This document shows positions 11,454-21,360 of a DNA stretch of 21,360 bases, one piece after another. The notes beneath the pieces were generated by a model. It saw nothing but the letters and a program-made list of their open reading frames with translations, ran no database searches and was not told the origin of the DNA. Positions within the stretch are counted from its first letter, which is position 1, and every line of letters begins with the position of its first letter. Made by a program: the position numbers and the translations under genes. Origin of the DNA: Tricharina praecox (lineage: Eukaryota); the NCBI RefSeq assembly GCF_024521635.1, contig NW_026250412.1, positions 1,178,001 through 1,199,360 on the forward strand. The letters are read 5' to 3'.

Positions 11454-12908
11454 ATGAATTCTCAAGACGAGCTCGCGGAATACCAGGAATTGTTCCTGCT
11501 CTACGAAAAAACCCATGAAATCGACTATCTCGAGGCAGCTATCGCGGTTGCTGAAACCATGGAGCAGTCGGACGACAACACCGTGGGAACCGACTTACGC
11601 AAAATGGTGAATCTGAAAGTCGAACTATCTCAAGCCGCGGCCGAACCAGATATTATTCCGCGGGGTGTTCCGCAAGACGATACCGAACATGCGGCAGAGA
11701 AAAGTGCGCAGATCTTCTCTCGATATCAACGAACGAAAGGATTGAAGGATCTGAACGATGCCATCGAGTTGGCAAAGATTTCGACCTTGACGCCCCCGAA
11801 GCATCCGGCTCGACCGCTTAGGTTGAGCAGAGTCTGTATGATGTTAGCGGAGAGATTCGAACGGCTTCGCAACGGTGATGACTACAATCACATCCTCCGA
11901 ATAATCACTGCGGTGCAAGATCTCACAGAAGATACTGCGAACGGAAGCGGAGATACTACCATCCAATCCTCGGTCTCGCGTATCATGGCATCCGTAATCT
12001 CCAGGATCGACGGCTGGATATTCAATGGCATCATTCGTTCTCTAGACGATCAGGTTGATGCCAGTCGCGTACTCATCGACCCACGAGCGGATAACCAGCA
12101 AGTAGGCGGCATGCAGCACTGGATCACCAAACGCCCAAACATGCCATATGTGCGCGGCGAGACCGACACAAGTGGCGCGAAAGGATCGAACGCGGGCATG
12201 ATGTATCATATCTTATTCCCGAGGGAACCGGAAGACATCGATGAAGCGGCAACCCACGAGAGTGAAATGCTGGCGGCGACTCCCCAGGAGGATCCCCGTC
12301 GAATGCACTGGTATTGTGTTCTGGGGCAGCAATTTTTGCGACGTTATGTCGAGCGCGAAGTGCCGGAGGACCTAGAGCTAGCCATCCGGTTCGGTGAACA
12401 AGCGGTTGCGGCAATTCCTCCAGGAAACATTGGACGGGTGCAAACATTGCTTTGCTGGGCAAATATATGCAGTGTTGTGCACATGGCTACGGGAGACTTG
12501 AGCCAACTCGATATTGTCATCCAGGTGGTTGAAGAGACGATATCTGCATCATCGGTGCCAGGCGCCCCCGCCAAATGGTTCTCCCTAACCTTGTTGGCAA
12601 GCGTTTACAGACGGAGACATGCGACGGCAAACGATGTGGATGATCTAGACGACGCAATCGAGCTTCTCGAAGAGGCAATGACTCTAACCAAAGATACCAA
12701 TCCCGTCGAATTGGCCGCGGAACGCGAAAGTCTGCTATCAGTCATATACCTCAGTGCTATCAATTCTACCTCCGACCTCGATCGGGCCATAAAACTCCAT
12801 GAAGATGCACTAGATATCGCCAAAGCAGCGGTACCCTCCGGACGAAACCTACGAGCTGAGAGACTCCGGCTTACGGCTTGTGGACTTGCTGTTCAGGAGG
12901 TTCCATAA
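11454..12908 (+). CDS. N-terminal part of TPR-like repeat/CHAT protease (helical repeats); frameshifted relative to the catalytic part
   Basis: Degenerate repeats typical of fungal CHAT proteins: KDLNDAIELAK, EDLELAIRFGEQAV, DDLDDAIELLEEAM, SDLDRAIKLHEDAL. The repeat series continues in another frame after ~12870. Confidence 0.75.
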   Translation: MNSQDELAEYQELFLLYEKTHEIDYLEAAIAVAETMEQSDDNTVGTDLRKMVNLKVELSQAAAEPDIIPRGVPQDDTEHAAEKSAQIFSRYQRTKGLKDLNDAIELAKISTLTPPKHPARPLRLSRVCMMLAERFERLRNGDDYNHILRIITAVQDLTEDTANGSGDTTIQSSVSRIMASVISRIDGWIFNGIIRSLDDQVDASRVLIDPRADNQQVGGMQHWITKRPNMPYVRGETDTSGAKGSNAGMMYHILFPREPEDIDEAATHESEMLAATPQEDPRRMHWYCVLGQQFLRRYVEREVPEDLELAIRFGEQAVAAIPPGNIGRVQTLLCWANICSVVHMATGDLSQLDIVIQVVEETISASSVPGAPAKWFSLTLLASVYRRRHATANDVDDLDDAIELLEEAMTLTKDTNPVELAAERESLLSVIYLSAINSTSDLDRAIKLHEDALDIAKAAVPSGRNLRAERLRLTACGLAVQEVP

Positions 12909-15087
12909 AACACACAACAAGGATGACCTTGCCCGTGGAATCAAATACGGCGAGAACATATTGAGAGCAGCTCGTTATTTGAAGATGGATTCGGAACTGA
13001 CAGGACGGAGATTCCTCCACCCCGAACTGATGCGAGAGGTTGCCCGGTTTGTGGGAGTCATGTTGGTTGACCGATACATACACTTGGATGGTGATCCAAC
13101 CGACCTCGATAAGGCAGAAAAAGTACTCCACAAGGCGATAGAGGGCGCAACCGGTACCCCTGCTTCCCACCTCCAATGGCGAATCAGCCAGTTGCACTTG
13201 GCAAAGTTCCGACAAACATCCAACCCTCAGGAACTCGAAAAAGCGCACAGGTGGATTCGAAAAGCGCTGGAAACGTTGCCTTCGAGCGATGACGAGTACA
13301 GGTATGTATTCGCGGAAGAGCTTGCAATGATAGTCGATGCACAAATGCAATACGAAAATACTCATACTGGGAATTACCGCGCGGTCATATCGAAATGGCA
13401 ACAACTGTTGATGTTATATTTGCAGCAGTGGGAATCAGAGAATTTGATGCCAAACCCCCGGATCCTTGGAGCTCGAAATGCGGCGAATATTTACCTCCAG
13501 ATTGGTATGGTGGAGGAAGCATACTCACTGCTAGAGAAGGCCGTCGCGGAGCTGCCACGACTGTGCCAACGTTCGGGACGACGGGATGACCAGCAGTATA
13601 TGCTGTCCTGTGCCGAAGTATACGAACTAGCAGCAATCGGAGCATCGGTCGCAATTCGAGCCGGGAGAGGCGCCTATCAAGCACTCAAAATGCTCGAGTT
13701 TGGTCGGGTGCTCATATCCGGGTTTTCCATCGATTGCAGGAGCGATCTGTCAGATCTCAGAGCATCCCACCCAGAGTACGCCGATATAGTCGAAAAGCTG
13801 AGAACTGAAATGGATTACCCACACGTTGAGGAGCGACGGCAACGCGGGCGGAAGCTCGCCACTGCTGAATTCGAAAAGATATTGCATCGTATACGACAGT
13901 TGCCCGGACACGAAGAATTCTTGCTTCCACCGCCGCCGGAATCCCTGATGAAAATTGCTGCGGATGGGACTATTGTTATGATCAATTGCAACGCGCATGG
14001 GAGCGACGCCATTACTGTCACATCCTCTTCGATACAGTCACTACCACTTCCTAGGCTCCTATACAAGGATGTCGAACAGCACATGGCTGGTATGAGCGCG
14101 AGTCTAAAAGGCACAGCACGAAACTACAACTCGAGGAACAAATCGATGGGTAAGCATCTTCTTTGGTTGTGGGAAGCGGTGGTGGCGCCAGTACTCGACC
14201 ATTTACAACTCGATGAATCCAACCCGACACGCATCTGGTGGATCGGGGTTGGAAAGCTAAGCATGGCCCCTTTCCACGCCGCTGGAGACCATTCCCCTGG
14301 CTCAACCAACAACACCCTCGGTCGAGCAATATCATCATATGTTCCGTCCATCAAAGCCCTTTCATACACACGCCAAAAGCAGCTCAACTTATTTCCCGAG
14401 CCCGACTGGCACCCCTCTTTTCCGGACCACGGCGAAGGACAGCCCGTGGCTACCGAAAAACCTCGACTCCTGATGGTCACTATGCCGACCACAGCGGGAA
14501 GTAGCCCACTTGCCGGGGCAAAACAAGAAGCTAAAGACATTGCCGGAGCATTATCCTCGGGTTCAGTTTCCGTAACGGAACTTGAGCGGCCATCCGCCGC
14601 ACAGGTTCTCGAGCAACTGCGAACACACCACATCCTACACTTTGCCTGTCACGGTATTTCGGACCTGGCCAACCCATCGGACAGTCGATTACTCCTGCAG
14701 AGTCCCGATCCGACCAGCAGCGAGCCAGACACGCTTTCCGTCCGTGCGGTGTCGAGCGCGAACACGGATGTGGCACAGATCGCATATCTATCGGCTTGTT
14801 CGACGGCGGAAAATCGTTCCGTACTCCTGGCCGACGAAGCTATTCATATCGCCAATGCCTTTCAACTCGCTGGCTTCAGCCACGTTCTAGCGACGCTCTG
14901 GGAATCCGATGATCGGCTTTGCCGACGGGTTGCGACGGAGTTTTATAAGAATCTGTTCAATGGATCGGCCGGCGTTGAGGGGCATCTTAAGGTAGCTAGG
15001 GCTTATCATCTGGCGGTGAAGACGGTTCGAGACAAGAAGCCGAAGGATTTTTTGGGATGGGCGCCGTTTATCCACACCGGTGCTTAG
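12880..15087 (+). CDS. C-terminal part: TPR-like repeats + CHAT (caspase HetF associated with TPRs) cysteine protease domain
   Basis: Motifs WLWEAVVAPVLDHL, RIWWIGVGKLSMAPFHAAG, ISSYVPSIKAL, ILHFACHG (catalytic His, codon 14650), AYLSACSTA (catalytic Cys, codon 14797), AFQLAGFSHVLATLW and WAPFIHTGA-stop. Confidence 0.92.
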   Translation: MDLLFRRFHKTHNKDDLARGIKYGENILRAARYLKMDSELTGRRFLHPELMREVARFVGVMLVDRYIHLDGDPTDLDKAEKVLHKAIEGATGTPASHLQWRISQLHLAKFRQTSNPQELEKAHRWIRKALETLPSSDDEYRYVFAEELAMIVDAQMQYENTHTGNYRAVISKWQQLLMLYLQQWESENLMPNPRILGARNAANIYLQIGMVEEAYSLLEKAVAELPRLCQRSGRRDDQQYMLSCAEVYELAAIGASVAIRAGRGAYQALKMLEFGRVLISGFSIDCRSDLSDLRASHPEYADIVEKLRTEMDYPHVEERRQRGRKLATAEFEKILHRIRQLPGHEEFLLPPPPESLMKIAADGTIVMINCNAHGSDAITVTSSSIQSLPLPRLLYKDVEQHMAGMSASLKGTARNYNSRNKSMGKHLLWLWEAVVAPVLDHLQLDESNPTRIWWIGVGKLSMAPFHAAGDHSPGSTNNTLGRAISSYVPSIKALSYTRQKQLNLFPEPDWHPSFPDHGEGQPVATEKPRLLMVTMPTTAGSSPLAGAKQEAKDIAGALSSGSVSVTELERPSAAQVLEQLRTHHILHFACHGISDLANPSDSRLLLQSPDPTSSEPDTLSVRAVSSANTDVAQIAYLSACSTAENRSVLLADEAIHIANAFQLAGFSHVLATLWESDDRLCRRVATEFYKNLFNGSAGVEGHLKVARAYHLAVKTVRDKKPKDFLGWAPFIHTGA

Positions 15088-15840
15088 GTCATGTGTTTTT
15101 GGATTCATTACATTTTTCTTTGGAAGGGGGATATCTGAATGATGAAGACCTTTTGGTGCAGCACATAGAGGTGTACGAGTGCCTCGGTGGGCTGGTAGGT
15201 AGACTGGTAGTGTGTTTAGGTCAAGTATCTTGTACACCACCTTATTACTCAGGTTGTGCAGTGACAATCTGAACCAATGATTCGCCTCTGTTTTTTTATC
15301 ATTACTCTATTACTTGCTGCGCAAGCTGTGATTACGTTGTCGATATCTCTTTCTATCGCGATGATCAGGAGGCTCACCTAGTTCCGACTTGGCATAGTTT
15401 CTTCCATTGGATGAAACAACAAACAAACAGTTGGGGCATCCGCCTGATTGATGGAGCCTCCTGGAGTCCTGGCGATTTTGACTGCAAATAGATTTGGATA
15501 TAATGGATAAAAGTCTCTGGAACCAGTCGTTTCGTTGGCCAGCTGAAATGCTCAGTCCTCATTCGCTGCGCCGGATACCTGGTAGTTCCACTGCGGCACG
15601 AACTGGGAGCTGTGTGGCTGGCGGCGAGCTGCGTCACCCAGAATGGGACGCAGCTGCCAGCGAGAACATTTGCGAGGACACAACCAAGATTCGCCAGGTG
15701 GCGAAAAAAAGAAAAGTGAGGCTTTCTACGTAGTGCATCTTTATAAGCCAGCAAAAGTTTATTCTAGCTTCGAGTCGTATCTAGCCGGCCTCCCCCTCGC
15801 ATTCAAACCGCAACCCCACCTCTGAACGACAATCGTTAAC

Positions 15841-17184
15841 ATGGATCCGCTATCCATCACCGTCTCCATCATCGCGCTAATCGGAGCCGCACGCAAAATT
15901 GCAGAGTCAGTGCAGGCCATCAGCGAGGCGCCGCGGCTGATCTGCACCGTGGTCAGCGAGACAAAAGTGCTGGCTTCGATATTCTCTCAACTCGACGTGA
16001 AATTTTTCCAGTCGACAGTGATACCGGACGATGCGATGCAGCAGTTTCAGCATCTACTACGGCGGATGCAGGCTCTGTTTGCGGAACTCGAGAAGGAGTT
16101 GGCCGGCGTTGTATGCATACCGGGAAGGCTGGGGCTGTTGGACCGTGTGAAGTGGGCGGCGCGAGAAGTGGATGTGAATCTCATACTGGCGGACTTGCTG
16201 CAACAGAAAGCATCGTTAAACATCATGATTGGCATCTGGACCGGGTAGTTAATCCACTCATCTACTTTTCTGTTTGATCCGAACATATAAGGCCCAACTG
16301 TACTGACGGGAATGGAAACTCACAGCCAGCAAAACAATCCCCAGAATAGATCAATTGCTGCTATTCTTCCGCACATTGTACCATCCCCGAACCCAGTCGA
16401 GCCGAGCCTCCCTTCCCAAGAACTTGCCAGAAAACGCCCGGTCCCACGGCTCAGCATTAACCTCAGCCGGCGACGTCCCGCGAATCGTTCTTCCACAGCT
16501 CTTCTTCAACGGAGCCTCCTCCCGCTTGCCGCCGTCCGTCTCGCACGTCTGGTACGTAACCAGACAGACCCGTGCGAAGACTTTATCGACGCGCCCGTCC
16601 CACCACAAGCGTCAGACATCGTCATCGACCGAGTCACGAATGTCGTCGAAACCCAACTCTCGTCGAAATCTTCAAGCCTCCGCGTGCTCATTGCCGGCCG
16701 TGTCTCCGTCAACGCAGAGTTCCGCGAGGCTAATCTGGCGAAGATGAAAGCCGAGGATTCGCTTTGCTATCAACTCCCGAACTCGGCCGCCTGGTTCAGA
16801 AAGGCAAAAGCGGATACGGAAACCTGCCGCTGGATGGAGGAAGCCCGCAGCGACATTTATTTCGTGGTCGGGTTCCGCACCCTCGTTCGTACCCACATAC
16901 TGGAGGCGAGAACCCGCGGAAGCTGTACTAGGCAAGGAGAGGATATCTGTGACAGCACTAGTACAATACAGGCACCGAGTGGGCAGGACTCGGAGGTCGT
17001 TGGGGGTGGCGAGATGGAGAATTCACACATTGATGCGCACGAGAGAAGCATACATGCTGCTGATGAGACTATATGTGCAATCCAATATAGGAAGGTAAAG
17101 TTGGGATGGCATTCCCGGAATGTGAGAAGCGCGACTTTGGAATCTGGCAGTCGGTGGGAACCAGTGTGGGGTCATCTAAGATGA
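15841..17184 (+). CDS. HeLo-like/SesA-type (fungal STAND N-terminal) helical domain fused to a gasdermin-like domain, 420 aa; exons 15841-16244 and 16326-17184
   Basis: Exon 1 begins MDPLSITVSIIALIGAARKI and contains LLDRVKWAA, typical of fungal NLR N-terminal helical domains. A phase-2 intron at 16245-16325 (GTAGTT..TACTGAC..CAG) restores the frame (GG/C). Exon 2 carries LARLVRNQTDPCEDF, YQLPNSAAWFRKA, IYFVVGF, ETICAIQYRK and LESGSRW, colinear with the 9376-10200 gasdermin. Confidence 0.75.
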
Positions 17185-17678
17185 AAATCACTCGTGGTCG
17201 GGGCCGGGCGTGTTGGTGAAAATGGAAAATACATGGTTACCGGCGTGGAAGCTTCTTGGATTCATGCATACGGTTCGCATCGGGCCCACGAGTGCGATCA
17301 ATCGGAAGTTTCTGTTTGCCGTGGATCCAAAACATATCTTGTGATGAGCGCATCTGTGTTTAATGACCAGCTCAATCTTCTACTCTCCGATTGGTCCGAA
17401 GTTAGTGCCCTTCCTCTACTAACAGGATTTTAACACGAGGCACAGGTGGCTGTGGCCGCAACACCACAATTGGATGGGGTTGGTGCGAGACAAGACCAGA
17501 ATGCAATGAACGGATTCAGAACATAATATTTCATTAAATTTCGCGTCCATAATTAGGTGATAGCAGCATTAAACACCGTCCCACTCCTTGCCTCCGCCAC
17601 TCCCGGGCCACGCCCTCCCGTTCATATTAGTATCCCTCTCTTTCTCCCCCCCTCACAGATCAGATTCCTCCGATGGAA

Positions 17679-19046
17679 CTATTTATACGTATAACAAAGC
17701 AATCCAGCCTCAAACTCATCCGGAGTTGTCCCTCGCGTATCCATGACCCGCGCAGTCTCCACCGTCAACCGATTACCACCCAACGGTCCCATGGTAAGCT
17801 CAAAGTCGAGCGTGACATTGCCCGGCGGAGGGTTGGGATACAGGTCCGCAAACAAGGGGACCCTGGGCGCAATCGGGTTTCCAACGTCGAAACGCCGTGC
17901 CGACGGGTTCGCTTGCTGCCATTTCCACCAGATACGGTCGATGTTCGCGTGGAACACGTAGAAAAGAGGGTCTCCGGGCGAGATGAAGACGTCGGCCATC
18001 TGGGGTTAGGGTTAGCGGCGGTCGGTATATATTCCTAGGGGGGGGACAACATACGTCTCCTTCGATGCAGAGATGACCAGCATTGTGGATTCCGAAATCC
18101 GTGTTCCAGTCGAGATTACCCTCAAGGGCGACGGCGAACCGCTCGTAGTTGGGGTTTTTAAGTACGTCGACTTCGCGACTGGGCTTCAACCACTCCCGTG
18201 CGGGCTCGCGGACGATATTGCGCTTGAGGCAGCGCTCGTGGTACGAGCTGTCGTTCGTGTGGCCGAGATGGATTACCTCATCCTTGAAGGCACCGCTATG
18301 GATACAACCTCCGCCGGTGTAGTCGAAGGTGGGGAAGGTCGGCAGTCTGGACAGCGGCGCGTCTGGGTCGTATTTACCGTTGCCTCCGAAGGAGACTTCG
18401 CCGTTCAGTAGAGGCGAGGCGAGGATGTCGCGGTAGTCTTTCGATTGGTCCCAATAACTGCATATACCAGTTAGGACGCGAAGCAGCAGTAGAGGGTGTT
18501 GGGGCACCTACGGAACTCCGCCAGCGTAACCGCATTCCTCTCTCAGGACGCGCTCATACTCGTAGAGGAAGAGCCTATGCCACGGAAGGAAGTGTCCGAC
18601 CCAGTGGACCATTGGCATCATAGATTGGTGTATCCAGATGAAATCTACAAGTACGGAAGTTAGCTCACCATTGTCATCCCCCAAAAGACACTCTGACTCG
18701 AAGATCGACCTTCCCATCGCGTTGTGATCCCTTCGGCATAACTACCCAGCTTCGGGGGTTTCGCCATCATGCACTTGACCGCCCGGAGGTAATCCTTTCG
18801 CTGATGCATGCTCAGATGCCGCCTGTGGTGCGGTTCACGTCAGCTCTGCAGTTGTGGGAATCGGGAAAGCAGTACACACCACTCGCGGCGAACAATCGGA
18901 TCGCTGCACTGTTCTTTGCCGGTGTGCTTTCCTTTGCTGTGCTGTGCTTCACTGGACTTTCGAGAGTCCGACTGTGCCGACGGTAATGCCGACGAAAGGG
19001 CAATAACACCGGTAAGGAGCGTGACGATGGTGGTTCTGAAGTGCAT
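17679..19046 (-). CDS. Secreted tyrosinase / di-copper centre protein, ~378 aa, 5 exons: 19046-18880, 18822-18710, 18644-18512, 18457-18055, 17999-17679
   Basis: Signal peptide MHFRTTIVTLLTGVIALSSA. Motifs IVRREWR, YLRAVKCM, CuA (DFIWIH..MVH..GHFLPWHR), PYWD and CuB (GIHNAGH..SPGDPLFYVFHANIDRIWWKWQ). Four GT-AG introns with CTAAC/CTGAC branch sites; the exon sum of 1137 nt is in frame. Confidence 0.9.
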
Positions 19047-21360
19047 GTTGATGATGGTCGGTGGTCTTCTGTGGCCATCAACTCACACGGGGAAGGCGCC
19101 GATTTTATATTCCGTGGAGGTACCCGGCAGGCTGAGACAATAGGAAGCCTATGGGCACTCGAGGTGACTCTGCTGGTCGACGAGCTGCCCCGGTGGAGTT
19201 GACTTCATGGTTACTGTTGTCCTCGACCGCGAGACCCGGTAGCGGCGGCGGAATGGTGCTGCTGTCCATTCCGGGGGTCTGCGAGAATCGCAGAAGGACT
19301 TCCCGTCTCATGGATCGTGCAATACGATATCGAAAAGGCTGTATAGGGCAACGTCAGGCCCCAACGGAACCAGGCCTTAGTTAGCGGCGATCTGTCTGGT
19401 AAATCAATAATAACACTCGATCCCGTCGTCGTAAGAGCGTCCAGGTGAAGATAGCGTCAAGTCGGCGTGAGCCCTTTTTGGATGCCACTGCGACATAAGC
19501 ATTGACTACCCAGTCCGCTGCCTGCCGGGGAGTGGGGAGGCTGGGGAGATAACCGAGTTGGTGCAGGGCTCGGGTGGGGGTGCATACGCTGATCCCCCAA
19601 TCATTCTCGAAGAGAATCATCTCACCGTGGGAGGATTGATGTTTGTTCCACGACATCCGTTGGCAACCGATTGTTCTCGCTTAATCTGGTATTCCGGTCC
19701 TACACACGTCTTCCACCTTGATGACTGATTGGCTTCAAGGTAGTGACCGGCATCAACTGGCTGGAGCAGTGCACATCCTGGACCGTGGGAGTCGATAGTT
19801 AGCTTCAGAATGTTGCTATGTAGGTACACCATGTGTCGACGTATCCGCAACGAACGATTATCGGCTTTGCCGATAGGTGTAGACTCTGGGCTCGCGCCTG
19901 GGGTGGAAGAATACCGTGATATCTCACTTAAGATGGACTGGTTTATTACCGTATGTGGCAGTAGGCTTTCTGTATCTGGCACCTTGTCCTGCGATACCAA
20001 AAGATAATTCTATCAGTTTTATTTGTTTTATTTACCGTCCAGGCAATAATCGGTGCGCCGAGCGTGTTAGAGAAAAAAACAGAACTGAGACAATACTTCT
20101 TGAGTAGATAAGTTAATGCGGTAGTTGGTCACCTTACTCTGGAGCAGTGGCCGAAACGCGGCACTCAGATAATGAGGGCTTTGCCGCAAACGAGGAATTG
20201 CCGGAGTCGGGGATGCCGTGCCCTGTTCTTCAGCCTACCGACCTGTTGTCGATCATGTCCACACTTATGATCCATCAACACCGCAGTAGGTATGCTGTTC
20301 TGGACGGCTGGAGACTCCACTTGCTATCTCAGAGATGCCTTGCCACGTATGCCTTACGCCAGGGGTGGTTGACGGAGCATCCGGACGCCAGTCGGATCGA
20401 GCCCGGTGGTGTGCCATCTCGAACAGGCCTTTTGGCGGGGGGTCTAAAAGGGCTTCCGAACTTGTCGGAGTTGGCACTAGGTAAGACGAGACATGTCCGG
20501 GAAACCCTACTCTAATAGTTTCGGTGAATCCTTCAGGTACGGTATTGTGGACGAGGAATGCCTAGGTATCCCAACATCGCCGCCGGGAACCGCACCCGAG
20601 AGAGAGACAAGACAGCGAAAACTATGTACGACGAATATTGCAGTAGGTGCTATACTATAGCTACCCCGACGCCGATCGTTTGACTGCCCCTGCTAACGCC
20701 GGGTGGACAGCTGTCAACCCCGAATACCAACACCGCTATAGTAACCGAATGCCAACTCCGACTTCGAAAGCGCTTGTAGGGGATCTAGTGTTGTGACGGA
20801 ATACCCGGCAGAAGCTTGAATTGTGCCTATATATAGGTACCTGATAACTGCAGCTGTACAGCGTCCCTGACTGGCTAGTCTTTGGCTCGCCGGACGGCTA
20901 TTCGGAAAACAGAAGCCTTGCAGCCTTGAAGGGTTTTTCTTTGCTGCGCTGTAACGAAAAGTATACCGGGTACGTGCCTACTTCAACCCGGTGAGTAGGT
21001 ACTGCACTACACATATCAAATTAACCCAACAGTATTTCCACATAGATAGGTAGGGGTCGATCTTTACATGAACATATACGCCACTCTCCCCGTCCCCTTC
21101 TTCAAGACTTACCAATTGCTCCGTCAGTCGACGGGAAGTGAGGGCTAATGTTGGGGGCGCTTGGTCGGGTGACCCATCTCGAATCACTCGTGTTTTTGGG
21201 CTTGAGCTTATTTTCCAGACTGAAGATACATATCCCCACTGATCCCTTTTCTACTATTCCAATGTAATGCTACGTATATCCTATGAGAGCATAATCCCGA
21301 TCACAACGCGACGCGGCTGCCGAATAATATTACCACTAGAGTCAACGTGGGAGAGGGCCC

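Noticed and set aside
16326-16350. Amyloid signalling motif after the HeLo-like domain (GQQNNPQN)
   Set aside because: Too short, interrupted by proline, and does not match HRAM, PP/RHIM-like or sigma patterns.
2301-19046. Dikaritin/ustiloxin-like RiPP cluster (methyltransferase + small repeat protein + tyrosinase)
   Set aside because: The repeat protein has no signal peptide or Kex2 KR/RR-delimited cores, no DUF3328 gene is visible, and the genes are separated by the immune locus.
20464-20762. 13-bp inverted repeat (gtcggagttggca / tgccaactccgac)
   Set aside because: Short, with no target-site duplication or transposase; plausibly chance.

Overview
Eukaryotic DNA from a filamentous ascomycete (short GT-AG introns with CTAAC/CTGAC branch points; the exact taxon cannot be fixed from this window). 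The central ~8 kb (9376-17184) looks like a fungal immune/regulated cell-death locus with three genes. (1) A minus-strand RCD-1/HET-Q1-type gasdermin with a 53-aa, highly acidic C-terminal tail. (2) A divergently transcribed TPR-like-repeat + CHAT (caspase-like) protease with an intact His/Cys dyad, but broken by a frameshift at ~12870. (3) A second, unusual gasdermin. One predicted 81-nt intron fuses it in frame to an N-terminal HeLo-like/SesA-type helical domain, and it ends where the first gasdermin's putative inhibitory tail begins. Flanking genes are a SAM-dependent methyltransferase (2 exons), a small 4-exon gene missed by the ORF track that has a duplicated peptide motif, a decayed low-complexity ORF, and a secreted 5-exon tyrosinase. 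All family assignments come from motif recognition by eye; no database searches were run.
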